Of a stretch of 64,000 bases of DNA, positions 10,751 to 24,173 are shown one piece after another (the stretch's first letter is position 1; each line of letters starts with the position of its first letter). The translations under genes and the position numbers were made by a program. This stretch comes from Octopus vulgaris (Eukaryota): NCBI GenBank assembly GCA_951406725.2, contig OX597837.1, positions 21,638,001-21,702,000 of the forward strand, written 5' to 3'. The notes under the pieces were generated by a model. The model saw nothing but the letters and a program-made list of their open reading frames with translations, did no database searches and had not been told where the DNA came from.

Positions 10751-13487
10751 GTCTACTGCCCAAGAACAGGAATAGAGACTCTGATGGGCTTCCATATAAT
10801 TTCTGTCAACTAAATTTCTCTTCCAGTATTTTGGTTAACCAGTGATGATTAAAGAAGACATTTGGGATCTTTACCTTTTGATCGACAGATTTTAAAAAAA
10901 TAATTTTTTGTAACTAAACACTTTCAAACTTCGGACACTGATAGAATGTGTCATATAAAATATCTTTTACTCTTAGCATTTTTGAGAAAAACTTATATTT
11001 ACAAAGTAATTTCATGTCAAAGTTCTCGTATTTCGGTAATTTCAACCAATCAATGACGTGTATTCAGCTGAATAAAATTAGTGCTGTTGTTTGTCAACAA
11101 GAACTTCCAGCGGTGTATATTAAATACCAGTTACATACTGGGGTTTATGTAATCGACTTAATCCCTTTGTCTGTCTTTGTTTGTCCCCTCTATGTTTAGC
11201 CCCTTGTGGGCAATAAAGAAATAAGAAACGTTTGGATGCCGGGCGAAATATTAAGTGGTATTTCGTCTGTCTTTACGTTCTGAGTTCAAATTCCGCTGAG
11301 GTCGACTTTGCCTTTTATCCTTTCGGGGTCGATAAATTAAGTACCAGTTGTGTACTGGGGGGAGGGGGGGAATCTAATCGACTGGTCCCTACAACAAAAT
11401 TTCGGGCCTTGTGCCTAGAGTAGAAAAGAATATGGAAGGGTATGATTTGAAGCGACTTAGCTGTTATTTCTGGCGTGCTGAGCAATCTTGTTGGCCAGAG
11501 TCTCAGAAGGTAATCTGTAGAAGTAGAATGGTTGTGTACAAGATATTGGATTACCAGCTCTTGCAATACCCAAGTTCAAATCTGATTCAAGTATTTCAGT
11601 CTCTTTCAGAATAGGACACTTTCATTCTACATGCATGTCATTGCTGTTTAGCCCCAGGTCGGCTCTGTATGAGCAGATGTATGATCAAAGGAATACAGCT
11701 ACAATATCTGTTACCCTTCCATTCATATTTAGGATGTATGAGGATAAACCAGAAATTAATGCAATTTCTCTTTGCATTACTCTTTCACTCAGCCATGGGT
11801 GTACAAGGGCTGAGTCAAGAAGAATGCAAATAAAAATTACATAACTTCCTGATTACTTTATCCCAGAGTGCAAAGTTTGTTGATTGGATTTGAACTCAGA
11901 CCATTTTCCCTGGTGCTCTGATGATTCTACCAATTCATCACCTAACTAGTCTCCTTTTTTTCTTTCTTCTCAGGGTACAGAATACCTTGGATTACATCAC
12001 TCCAAATATCTGTCCTTTTCTTTTTTAAGAACATAATGGTGATGTTTTAACCTTTTAGCATTCAGGTTACTCTGCCAAATGCAATGCTTATTATTTACTT
12101 CACATTGTTTTGAATTAATCATGTATTATCTCAAAGCTTCAAAATTTTGATGATATGATTGTTTATTTTTAGAATGACATTGTAGGGTTGGTGTGAGAGG
12201 CTGGATCTGGTAGGTTAAACCCTTTAGCCTTTAATCCAACCATCAAACAAAACCGTTGCCAGTGCTGCTGGACTGGCTCCTGTGGATGTGGCACATAAAA
12301 AGCACCATTTGAGTGTGGCCGCTGCCAGTACCGCCTGACTGGCCCTCGTGCTGGTGGCATGTACAAGCACCCACTACACTCTCGGAGTGGTTGGCGTTAG
12401 AAAGGGCATCCAGCCATAGAAACTCTGCCAGATCAGATTGGAGTCTGGTGTAGCCATGTGGTTCACCAGACCTCAGTCAAATCGTCCAACCCATGCTAGC
12501 ATGGAAAGCGGATGTTAAACGACAATAATGATGATAATGATATCTGGCCCAGATATTCTCCCCTTTTATGTTAAAACTAACCAGATCCAGCCTCTCACAC
12601 CTACCCTACAATGTCATTCTAAAAACAAACAAACACACCGTTAAAATCTTGAAGTTACAAAATAATGTATACTTACTTCAAAACAATGTGAATAAATAAG
12701 CAATATATTTGACAGAGTAATATGAGTACTAAAGAGTTAAAAAAACAGGTTTGCAGTGGTAGTAGAAAACATTTGCCCAAGGTGCCATGCAGTGGGACTG
12801 AAACCAGAACCATGTGGTTGGGAAGCAAACTTCTTACCACACAGCTACACCTGTGCTTATTTCAAACATATATATTCCATTATTTTCCCCCATATAACTT
12901 TGAAGTTGAATTTGGCCCCAACATATCTGTTCCAGTTAATTATCTTTTCAGTCCAACCCAATAAGATGTTTAACTAAATATTACTTTCTAACTTTGGTAC
13001 AAAACCAGCAATTTCAAGAGAGGAAATAATATCGACTCCAGTGCTTGACTGGTACTTTATTTTACTAACCCCAAGGCGAACTGGCAGAAACGTTAGCACA
13101 CCGGGCGAAATGCTTAGCGGTATTTCGTCTGCCGCTACATTCTGAGTTCAAATTCTGCCGAGGTCGACTTTGCCTTTCATCCTTTCGGGATCGATTAAAT
13201 AAGTACCAGTTACGCACTGGGGTCGATATAATCGACTTAATCCGTTTGTCTGTCCTTGTTTACCCTTTCTGAGTTTAGCCCCTTGTGGGTAGTAAAGAAA
13301 TAGATACTTTATTTTTCTAACCCCAAAAGGATGAAAGGCAAAGCCAGCCTCAGTGGAATTTCAACTCAGGACATAAAAATGGATGAAATGCTGTTACGCA
13401 TTTGACCCAGCTTGCCACCTCATGTTTAACCCTTTATTATTCATATTATTTTGTCAGAAGTACTGCTTATTTATTCACATTTATTCA

Positions 13488-13699
13488 GGCGTAGGAGTGG
13501 CTGTGTGGTAAGTAGCTTGCTTACCAACCACATGGTCCTGGGTTCAGTCCCACTGCGTTGCACCTTGGGCAAGTGTCTTCTACTATAGCCTCGGGCAGAC
13601 CAAAGCCTTGTGAGTGGATTTGGTAGACGGAAACTGAAAGAAGCCCGTTGTATATATGTATATATATATAACTAATGTAGGATAAGATTTTTTCGAAAC

Positions 13700-13758
<59 letters not shown>

Positions 13759-13955
13759 ATATGTTTGTGTGTGTCTGTGCTTGTCCCCCCCAACATCGCT
13801 TGACAACCGATGCTGGTGTGTTTATGTCCCCGTAACTTAGCGGTTTGGCAAAAGAGACCGATAGAATAAGTACTAGGGTCGATTTGCTCGACTAAAGGCG
13901 GTGCTCCAGCATGGCCAGTCAAATGACTGAAGCAAAAAAATAGAGAAAAAAAAGA
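13488..13955 (+). mobile_element. SINE family A (internal TA/TG microsatellite)
   Basis: Head ggcgtaggagtggctgtgtggtaag...gggttcagtccc, body ccttgggcaagtgtcttctac, tail ccagcatggcc...aaatgactgaa. Confidence 0.85.
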
Positions 13956-14405
13956 GAATTGTTTAGAGTTAATCATGCATTATTTCAAAGCTTAGAGACT
14001 TTGATGGGGTAACTGTTAATTTTTAGAATGACACTGTAGGTTTAGTGTAAGATGCCAGATCTGGCTAGTTTGAACATAAAACAAATGGAATATTTTGGCT
14101 GGATGTAGCCAGTTTAAATGCTAAAAGGTTAAGTAAACATTAAAAAGCAGACAGCTTGTAAAGTTCACCTTGTGTGAGGTTATTACAATTCCAACAAGGG
14201 AGAAAGAATTTCTTTCATCAATTAGTATAATATTTCTAACAGGTGAAGCAACTCTTTTGAGCCTCCCATGCTAGTTAATAATAAATTAATATTAATTGTG
14301 TCATAGAAAATAAATAAATCACCAGCCTCTAAAATCGACTTCATCCACACACAACTTTCATGGACACATACACACGTCAGCAATTTTCATCAATTTATAA
14401 CATTA

Positions 14406-14798
14406 ATGGCTGTGTGGTAAGTAGCTTGCTAACCAACCACATGGTTCCGGGTTCAGTCCCACTGTGTGGCATCTTGGGCAAGTGTCTTCTGCTATAGCCC
14501 CGGGCCGACCAATGCCCTGTGAGTGGATTTGGTAGATGGAAACTGAAAGAAGCCTGTCGTATATATGTATATATATATATGTGTGTGTGTGTGTGTTTGT
14601 GTTTGTTCCTCTAGCGTTGCTTGACAACCGATGCTGGTGTGTTTACGTCCCCCGTCACTTAGCGGCTCGGCAAAAGAGACCGATAGAATAAGTACTGGGC
14701 TTACAAAAAATAAGTCCTGGGGGTCGATTTGCTCGACTAAAGGCGGTGCTCCAGCATGGCCGCAGTCAAATGACTGAAACAAGTAAAAGAGTAAGAGT
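14406..14798 (+). mobile_element. SINE family A
   Basis: Same head, body and tail as 13488. Confidence 0.85.
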
Positions 14799-14838
14799 AA
14801 CAAAGTGTTAATTACTAGGGAAAAAAAAAATTATTATT

Positions 14839-15279
14839 AACAATAATAAATCTCAGAGCGAGTTATAAACAGTAGCTACAACACATCGTGACATTAGCCA
14901 TATTTAAATGGCAAATATACGTCACAATGTGTTGCAGCTACTGTTTATAACTCGCTCTGAGATGTATTATTGTTTGTTTACACTTTTTCGATATCAGTGT
15001 CTATCGATACTGGAAAAAGTATAAGTGTTTGTGAAGGGAACCTACTTCTCATCGACAACTGTGATTGTCACATGCCGATGACGGGTTAATACCTAGAAAC
15101 TCGAGTCCGTGTGTATCATAAGTTGAAGACAGGAAGGATGGCTTCCCTTTGCAAATGCTGATAGGGCACAGAAAGTGTGTCTATAGCCAGCTGCAGGAGG
15201 TGTCCTCCTGGGGCTACAAACTACAGTAGCATCCACCCTTAGGGGTTAGCCATATTTAAATGGCAAATATATGTCACAA
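14839..15279 (+). mobile_element. Penelope-type/retrozyme-like insert: 352-nt monomer, terminal direct repeat and inverted 5' fragment
   Basis: Direct repeat ttagccatatttaaatggcaaatata.gtcacaa at 14894 and 15246. Inverted repeat 14839-14892/14921-14974. Flanking aaaattattatt on both sides. Internal hammerhead. Confidence 0.75.
15069..15113 (+). ncRNA. Type I hammerhead ribozyme fold, U4C core
   Basis: cacatg CCGATGA cgggt-taat-accta GAAA ctcgag TC cgtgtg. Stem I is 6 bp, stem III is palindromic, site GUC. The closing pair of stem II is decayed. Confidence 0.7.
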
Positions 15280-15541
15280 AATTATTATTTTTTAAAAATA
15301 AATTATTATATATTGTGGTGTCTAAATAAGAAAGAGGCGCAGGTGTGGCTGTGTGGTAAGAAGCTTGCTTCCCAACCATATGGCTTTGGATTCAGTCCCA
15401 CTGTGTGGCACCTTAGGAAAATGTCTTCTGCTATAGCCTTGAGTTGACCAAAGGCATGTGAGCAAATTAGCTCGATGGAAACTGAAAGAAGCCCATTGTG
15501 TATGTATGTATGTGTGTGTGTGTGATGTGTGTGTGTGTGTG

Positions 15542-15582
<41 letters not shown>

Positions 15583-15709
15583 TATATATATATATATTTA
15601 TAGCTGAAATTTACAGAAAGACAAAAGATGAAGACAGGTGTATAAAGCAACAAACAGGTTGCTTATACACCTGTCTTCATTATATTTAATTTGCAATATA
15701 TTATTACTT

Positions 15710-15915
15710 ACTTTTTTACTTGTTTCAGTCATGTGACTGTGCCTATGCTGGAGCACCACCTTTAGTCAAGCAAATCGACCCCAGGACTTATTCTTTGTAA
15801 GTCTAGTACTTATTCTATCGGTCTCCTTTGCCGAACCACTAAGTTACAGGGACGTAAACACACCAGCATCAGTTGTCAAGCAATCTTGGGGGGACAAACA
15901 CAGACACACAAACAT

Positions 15916-15952
<37 letters not shown>

Positions 15953-16170
15953 CATATATATATACATATATATATATATACATATATATATACATATATA
16001 TATATGACGGGCTTCTTTAAGTTTCCGTCTACCAAATCCACTCACAAGGATTTGGTTGGCCCGAGGCTATAGTAGAAGACACTTGCTCAAGATGTCACGC
16101 AGTGGGACTGAACCTAGAACCATGTGGTTTGTAAGCAAGCTACTTACCACACAGCCACTCCTATACCTAT
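15710..16170 (-). mobile_element. SINE family A
   Basis: Reverse complement of the family A consensus. Confidence 0.85.
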
Positions 16171-16339
16171 ACTTAGTCAAAAGTTTGGAACATAAGTCTG
16201 AAAATTTTTTCTTCAAGATATTGGACCATTGGATCTGTTATTAGGTAAGTAGATCTCTACGTTGTATATATTTGAATCAAATTGTACTTGGGTATAACAA
16301 TTTGAATTTTTTAAAAATGTTCCAAACTTTTGGCCATGA

Positions 16340-16343
<4 letters not shown>
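16171..16343. mobile_element. Tc1-like MITE
   Basis: Terminal inverted repeats gtcaaaagtttggaacat / atgttccaaacttttggcc. Confidence 0.6.
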
Positions 16344-16409
<66 letters not shown>

Positions 16410-17029
16410 CCGATTATGGAAGATTAACAATCAGTGTGTCACACAAATTGAGGGGTAAAGTAAATAGTGAACTCTTATTAAGCCTTTGGCATTAAATCTG
16501 GCCATGTCTGACTCAAATATTCTACCTGTTTTATGTTCAAATTGACCACATTCAACCTCTCACACCAACCCTACAAAGCCGTTACAAAAATATATAAACA
16601 GGTCATCAAAATCTTGAAACTACAAGATAAAAGGTAAATGGGTAAAAACCCCCTTTCAGTCATGAACGACCATAGGATCACACCTAGAAATTTTCCATCT
16701 GAGGCACAAATCTGAGCAAGATTATTTATGGAAGACCAGCAGTTACCCATGCATACCAGCCTGCCCTCTCCATGCCACCAATGTTGTCCAAGGGAAAAGA
16801 AAAGACTAATACAGTTTGGCACCAGTGATGTTGCAACGCATTCCTACAGCTGAGTGAACTGGAGAAATGTGAAATAATGTGCCTTGCCCAAGAACACAAC
16901 TTACAGCCTGGTCCAGGAATCGAACTCACTACCTCATGATTGTGAGCCCAACGCTCTAACTACTTAGCCATGTGTTTTTAAGTTACAAGATAATGCATGA
17001 TTAATTCAAAACACTGTGAATAAATAAGC

Positions 17030-17803
17030 TTTACTCTTTTACTTGTTTCAGTCATTTGACTGCGGCCATGCTGGAGTACCACCTTTAGTCGAGCAAATCA
17101 ACCCCGGGACGTATTCTTTGTAAGCCCAGTACTTATTCTATCGGTCTCTTTTGCCGAACCGCCAAGTGACGGGGACGTAAATACACCAGCATCAGTTGTC
17201 AAGCAATGCTAGGGGGACAAACACAGACACACAAACATATACACACACATACATATATATCATCATCATCATCGTTTAGCGTCCGTTTTCCATGCTAGCA
17301 TGGGCTGGACGGTTCTACTGGGGTCTGTGAAGCCAGAAGGCTTCATCAGGCCCAGTCAAATCTGGCAGTGTTTCTACGGCTGGATGCCCTTCCTAACGCC
17401 AACCACTCCGTGAGTGTAGTGGGTGCTTTTTACGTGCCACCCGCACAGGTGCCAGACAGAGCTGGCAAACGGCCACAAACGGATGGTGCTTTTTATGTGC
17501 CACCGGCATGAGGGCCAGGCGAGGCTGGCAACGGACACGAAACGGGGCGGTGCTGGCAACGGTCGCAAAACGGAAAGTACTCTTACATGCCACCGGCACT
17601 GGTAACACATCTGCAATTTCCATTGATCGATTTCGATTCTGATCCTCACTTGCCTCAACAGGTCTTCACAAGTAGAGTTTTGTGTCCCAAGAAGGGAAGG
17701 TATGCATACATAGGCTGGCTCCATCCCATGTAGAAGGCCACGGGTTATGGACTCACTTGTCCTGCCGGGTCTTCTCGCGTACAGCACACTTCCAGAGATA
17801 TAC

Positions 17804-17840
<37 letters not shown>

Positions 17841-18007
17841 TACGACAGGCTTCTTTCAGTTTCTGTCTACCAAAATCCACTCACAAGGCTTTGGTCGGTC
17901 CGAGGCTATAGCAGAAGACACTTCCCCAAGATGCCACACAGTGGGATTGAACCCGGAACCATGTGGTTGGTAAGCAAGCTACTTACCGCACAGCCACTCC
18001 TGCGCCT
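17030..18007 (-). mobile_element. SINE family A with a family C element (about 17259-17797) nested in its microsatellite
   Basis: The family A tail and head flank a family C copy. Confidence 0.8.
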
Positions 18008-18292
18008 ATATACATTTAACAAAAAAAAAAATCTGAATGTTAAAGGGCTAGAGGTCCACAGTTTTGTGTGTTGGTGCTTTTATTCTTTTACTGAAAGTCT
18101 CACAAGAGTGATTTAAATATGGCCATAGGTATGGTTGCATGGTTAAAAAGTATTCTTTACATCCCTGTGGTTCCAAGGTCAGTCTCACTGTGTAGAAACT
18201 CAGGCAGGTATCTTGTATCATAGCCTTGAGTTGACACTAATCCCTTGTAATTGAAATTTAGTCGACAGAAATTATGCAGAAATCTGTTATAT

Positions 18293-18848
18293 ATTTCTTT
18301 ATTGCCCACAGGGGCCTAAACATAGAGGGGACAAACAAGGACTGGTACTTAATTAATCAACCCCAAAAGAATGAAAGGCAAAGTCTAACTCGGCAGAATT
18401 TGAACTCAGAAAGTAACAGCAGATGAAATACCTATTTCTTTACTACCCACAAGGGGCTAAATACAGAGAGGACAATCAAGGACAGACAATTGGATTAAGT
18501 CGATTACATCAACCCCAGTGCATAACTGGTACTTAATTTATCGACCCCAAAAGAATGAAAGGCAAAGTCTACCTTGGCGAAATTTGAACTCAGAAAGTAA
18601 CAGCAGACGAAATACCTATTTCTTTACTACCCACAAGGGGCTAAATACAGAGAGGACAATCAAGGACAGACAATTAGATTAAGTTGATTACATCAACCCC
18701 AGTGCATAACTGGTACTTAATTTATCGACCCCAAAAGGATGAAAGGCAAAGTCTACCTCGGCGGAATTTGAACTCAGAAAGTAATGGCAGATGAACTACC
18801 GCTAAGTATTTTGCCCAGCATGCTAATGATTCTGCCAGCTTGCCGCCC
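18293..18848 (-). mobile_element. SINE family B, chained copies (about 178-nt period)
   Basis: Unit tatttctttactacccacaagggg...gaactcagaaagtaa is repeated with a single head. Confidence 0.8.
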
Positions 18849-20569
18849 TGCAGAAATCTGTTATATGCTTGCCTGTATACATGCATGCATATATAAGTGG
18901 CAAGTGTCTTTTGCTATAGTGTTCCATTTGATCTGATCAATAGAATGGCCAGTTTGTGAAATTAATATGCAAGTGGCTGAGCATTCCACAGACACGTGCA
19001 CCCTTAACATATTACTCAGGGAGATTCAGCATGACACAGAACATAAGGCTGACCCTTTGAAATACAGGGACTGCTCATTTTTGGCAGCTGAGTGGACTGG
19101 AGCACTGTGAAATAAAATGACTTGTTTAAGGACACAATGCATCAGCAGGAATTGAACTCACAACCTTATGATTGTGAGTCGAATAACCTAACCACTAAAC
19201 CAGATGCCTTCACAATGCATAGAGATATATAATCTCATCATCATCATTTGATGTTCACTTTTCTATGGCTGCATAGGTTAGATGGAATTTGTTGAGGCAG
19301 ATTTTTCTATGGCTGGATGCCTTTCCTGTAACCAACCCTCACCTGTTACCAAGCAAGGTAATATTTCACCATGAAACACACACACACAAAAGGTCAACAA
19401 CACTGCTTGTACGACGGTGATACTCATTTACAATCATCAGATGATGTCAAGATAGGGATACACATAAGAACACATACAAAGGGGCTTCCTTCAGTTTCTG
19501 TCTACTAAATCCACTCACAAGGTTTCAGTCAGCTTTAGGCTATAGTAAAAAACACTTGCTCAAGGTGCCATGCAGCGGGATTGAACCCAAGACCAGATGG
19601 GTAGGAAGCTAACTTCTAAACCACACAGCCACATCTGTGCCTAAAACACACAAGCGCATTTTTTGTTTTTGCTTGCGTTTGCATTGTATGAGAGTCACTC
19701 GCTATGAGTGGTGGTCATGGTGGTGGTATTGTCACTATTACTACCAACAAATCGTCTGCTCACTTTGTACCAGGTAAAGGCATCCAGTTGTAAAACAATG
19801 CCTCAATAGCATATCCACCTAACTCATGCTAACATAGAAAAGCAGATGTAAAAACGAACAAACAAATGAATTTACACACACACATACACACACACGCACA
19901 CACACACGCACACACACACACACACACTAGTGGCCAAAATTCTAGATGCTTTCTTAAATATTTGTTACTGCTTGTTGGCTTGATGCCTTTTCTCTGCTCA
20001 TAATTTATTTTTGTAGTCATCTTCAAAAGATATTTTATTGTTCTCTAACCTATACTGGTTTAAAATTGATATTGTTCTTTGATATTTCAATACACTAAAA
20101 CACACATATATCAACCGAAACCAGAGGCATATGAAAGAGTATATAAAACAAAATCAGTTTATTTAGTTTACAATATGGTAGTTTGTAACAGTATTTAGTA
20201 GAATAACTTTTTTTGTTTTGATTACTTACATCAAGTCTTTTTGGCTTAGAAGTGATAAGATACTTCAACTAGTCAAGATTTATGATTCTAAACCAAACAT
20301 TGATGATTTCTTCAATTAACTGGATTTTGTTGCTTGGTCTTGAAACTGATACTAGTCTTTTGATTCTTGGCCATAAATTTTCTACCTTGTTGAGTTTGGG
20401 GCTGTTTCCAGGTCATTGTAAAATATTTATTTTGTTGTCTTTCAACCTTTCGTATGGGAATTTGTTGCATGTCATGGAGCAATGTCTTGCTGAAAAGTTG
20501 CTTTATCTGAATCACATGGAAGTTTAACTCTTGAAGAAAAAGAAATTTGGCTTCCAAATAATTACTCCG

Positions 20570-20850
20570 GAGTGATGTTACTTGACGGAGTGCCTAACTC
20601 GAGAGATAAAGGTGTCTTTTCCAGGTCAAGCTATTACTTTTCTGCGTAGAGAGGTCACAGCCCCAGTACTACAGACATGGTTAGAATATTGCAGGAAAGA
20701 ATCACGAGAGGGTTTCAAATCAAGCAAACTGGCAGAAGGCTTAGAATGAGATGGTTGGATAATATCGATAGTCTCTGTCGGTCATACTGTTTCTGATATA
20801 ATCCCATTGAGGAGGGAGGTGTCAGCGGACTCTAACCTTATGACCACCTC
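20570..20850 (+). mobile_element. RTE-type LINE 3' fragment
   Basis: Decayed reading frame with an RMRWLDNI motif typical of RTE C-termini. Confidence 0.5.
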
Positions 20851-21402
20851 AGGAACAGTGGGCAGAGAAGATGGATGGATACTTCCAGGGCACATAAAAA
20901 GCACACAGCCCACTCTGTAGAGTGGTTGGCATTAGGAAGGGCATCTAGTTGTAGAAACCATGGCACAACAGATAATTGGAGCCTGGACAGCTCCTGACTG
21001 ACCAGCTCCATGCCAAACTGTCCAACACATGCCAGCATGGAAAGAGGACACTAAACAATGATGATGAACTATGATTTCAAATGGCCAGCATCTCTGCCAG
21101 ACGGTCCACAATACAAAACAACAACCTTACACAGATGGAATGTTTCATCATTGTTGTAATACTACCAAGTGGGAAATTTTCATTTGACAAGGGCCCACAC
21201 ATGCAACTTTTGCCTCACACTTCTACAAACTGAAACTTGTTTTATCACATAAAACTTATTGCAAGTCTTTCTGCTGTCAACTCCTGTCATTCTCTTACCA
21301 TAAAAGATGTTTTCTTCTCTGGCAAACATCTAGATATCAGTCACTTGTAGGGACACCATATTTTGTTATGCAACCATAATATAATACAAAGTATATTAGA
21401 AG

Positions 21403-21740
21403 TTGCAGTGTGGAAGGTGTTTATAAGCCATTTAAGAAACACACAAAAGCCGCTAGATTCACTTTAACATTTAAATTTAATTTACCAAAATATTTTCGTC
21501 ACTTTGAGACCATGACCTGTTCACTGACTAAATTCCGTGCTGCATGGAATTTTGTCAGTGAACAAGTCGTGGTCTCAAAGTGATGAAAATATTTTGGTAA
21601 ATTAAATTTAAATGTTGAAGTGAATCTAATGGTTTTTGTGTGTTTCTTAAATGACTTATAAACACCTTCCACGCCGCAATTGTTTTCGTTCCAACACATG
21701 ATCTCAGATCAGGTCACTTGCTATGCAAGTACATCTCCAT
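21403..21740. mobile_element. Palindromic Penelope-type insert (about 138-bp arms, centre 21541) with a 3' extension
   Basis: 21403-21540 mirrors 21542-21679. Each arm carries a hammerhead-like fold. Confidence 0.7.
21548..21603 (+). ncRNA. Hammerhead-like fold with G3-C8 swapped core (mirror copy on minus strand, 21479-21534)
   Basis: aattttgtca GTGAACA a gtcg..tgat GAAA atat TT tggtaaatt. The mirror arm has stem II gtca/tgac. Confidence 0.5.
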
Positions 21741-22133
21741 AAATATATTAAAAGTATTACAAGTCAATATTGTGTCCTACTGTGTTAGCGGTGCTATTAA
21801 AGGTTAGCTCTACAGAAACTATGGTCAGCACTGACTTGTTAATTATGTCTCATATACGAATACATCTAATGTAAACAACAATGCAACTGAAAATGGAAAA
21901 ATAGGTATGGGTGTATTACTCTTTTATTCTTTTACTTGTTTCAGTCATTTGACTGTGGCCATGCTGGGGCACCGCCTTTACTCAAGCAAATCGATCCCAG
22001 GACTTATTCTTTGTAAGCCTAGTACTTATTTTATTGGTCTCAAACCACTAAGTTACAGGTACATAAACACACTAGCATCGGTTGTCAAGCGATGTTGAGG
22101 GGACAAACAAAGAAACACAAGCATGCATATACG

Positions 22134-22173
<40 letters not shown>

Positions 22174-24173
22174 TCTTCTTTCAGTTTCACAAGGCTTTGG
22201 TCGGCCCGAGGCTATAGAAGACACTTACCCAAGGCTACTTACTACACCTTTGTACATGTATATTTCAGGAGTCTTTTCTTCATCAGCACCCATCTAATCC
22301 ATTAATCATCCATGAACTTATTGCTTAAATAGCCACTAAATATAGCGGTATAACATTACTGGATAGACTAATTTGCATAATTAACACGTTCCTGACAGCT
22401 GGTATGTACATATGAATTACTTGTAGGGATACCATATTTCATTATGCAACCATAATATACAGCAAAGTATATTAAATGCTTTAGTCAATAACCTTAACAT
22501 GTGATCCAGATATCAGTTTAATTTTCTTTTAACTCTTAAGTTCTCCATCAAAGATTGTATACCTGACTGCTCTGTGTACTTCACCATTTTAATACCAACC
22601 CACCTGGAACCACCCTTAGTTTTATAATTAAAAACTTCATACTTTAAAATGATCTTAGTTAAAACCTTCCATCAAAATTCAATGTTAATTTATGTTCCAA
22701 ACACCAGCTTGATAATGACAAAATTTATTTTAACCCCTTTGTTACTGTATTTATTTTGAGATGCTCTGTATTTCTTTCAAATACTTTAAATATAACAAAG
22801 AATTTAGCAAAATAACTTAGTTCTCATTAAGCTAGTGTTAGAAACATAAATTGTGACTAAGGTTTGGTGGAATATTTTAATTCAAAACTTATGAAAACAA
22901 GACATTTTTACTCAGAGCCAAAGCCGGTTTCAGCCAGGTTGGTAATGAAAGGGTTAATGAATTTTTCATTAGTTTCAAACTGAATTGCTGGCACACAAAA
23001 ATCATCCAGTCCACACTGTTTAGTGGTTGGCATCTGGAAGGGCATCCAGCTGTAAAAGCCATGCCAAAGCTGACCTTTCCTGTGCTGGTGTCATGTAAAA
23101 AGTACTCAATCCACTCTGTAGGGTGGTTGATGTTAGGAAAGGTATCCAGCCATAAAGACCGTTCCAAAACAGACACAGAAGTCTGGTGCAGTCTTCTGCC
23201 TGGCCAGCTTCTGTCAAACCATCCAACTCATGGCACCATGGAAGGCAGACGATAAATGATGGCAATGATGATGGTGAATTGAAACAAAGGCAGTGAATTT
23301 CAGCAGAAATATGGTCACAGAATGGTCAAACTTGACCCCCAACAGATGATAATCATCATCCTTGTTTAACATTCACTTTTCCATGTTTGCATGGGTCAGA
23401 CGGAATCTGTTGAGGCAGATTTTCTGTAGCCATCTGTAGCCAACCCTTACCTGTTCTCAAGTAAGGCAATATCTTCCCCATAGCTAGACATATCTTTCAT
23501 TGAAGAATGGGAACAAACAACATTGCTTGTATACTGATAATGCTCGTTTATAAGAATCACATGATGCCCAGACAAGGGTGTACGCAAATGTGCACACGCA
23601 CACACAAACACATACACCAACACACACAGCAGCAGCTGCTTTCAGTTTCTTATTTCTTTATTGCCCACAAGGGGCTAAACACAGAGGGGACAAACAAGGA
23701 CAGACAAAGGGATTAAGTCGATTACATCGACCCCAGTACGTAACTGGTACTTTATTTATCAACCCCAAAAGGATGAAAGGCAAAGTTGACCTCAGCAGAA
23801 TTTGAACTCAGAATGCAGTGGCAGACGAAATACCACAAAGCATTTCGCCTGGCGTTCTAACGTTTCTGTCAGCTCATCGCTTCTTTCAGTTTCTGTCAAC
23901 CAAATCTACTGACAAGACTTTGGCTGGCCTGGTACTATAATAGAAGATACTTGCACAAGGTGCCACACATCACACAGTGAAACTGAACCTAAGACTAAAT
24001 GATTGGAAAGCAAGCTTTGTAACCACACAACCATGCCTGTTTGATGTATTTCTTATGGTGGTGTTAATTACTAACAGCCAATTGACCCATGTCAGTTATT
24101 TGGTTCACCTGTTTTGTTGGATTTTTTTTACTCCTGTTTTTGTTTTCAGTTCTCACAGTTTCATGTCTTTTAA

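Noticed and set aside
14762-14790. Family A tail cagtc-aaat-gactGAAACAAGTA resembling the 3' half of a hammerhead
   Set aside because: No CUGANGA-like core or stem I upstream in any copy.
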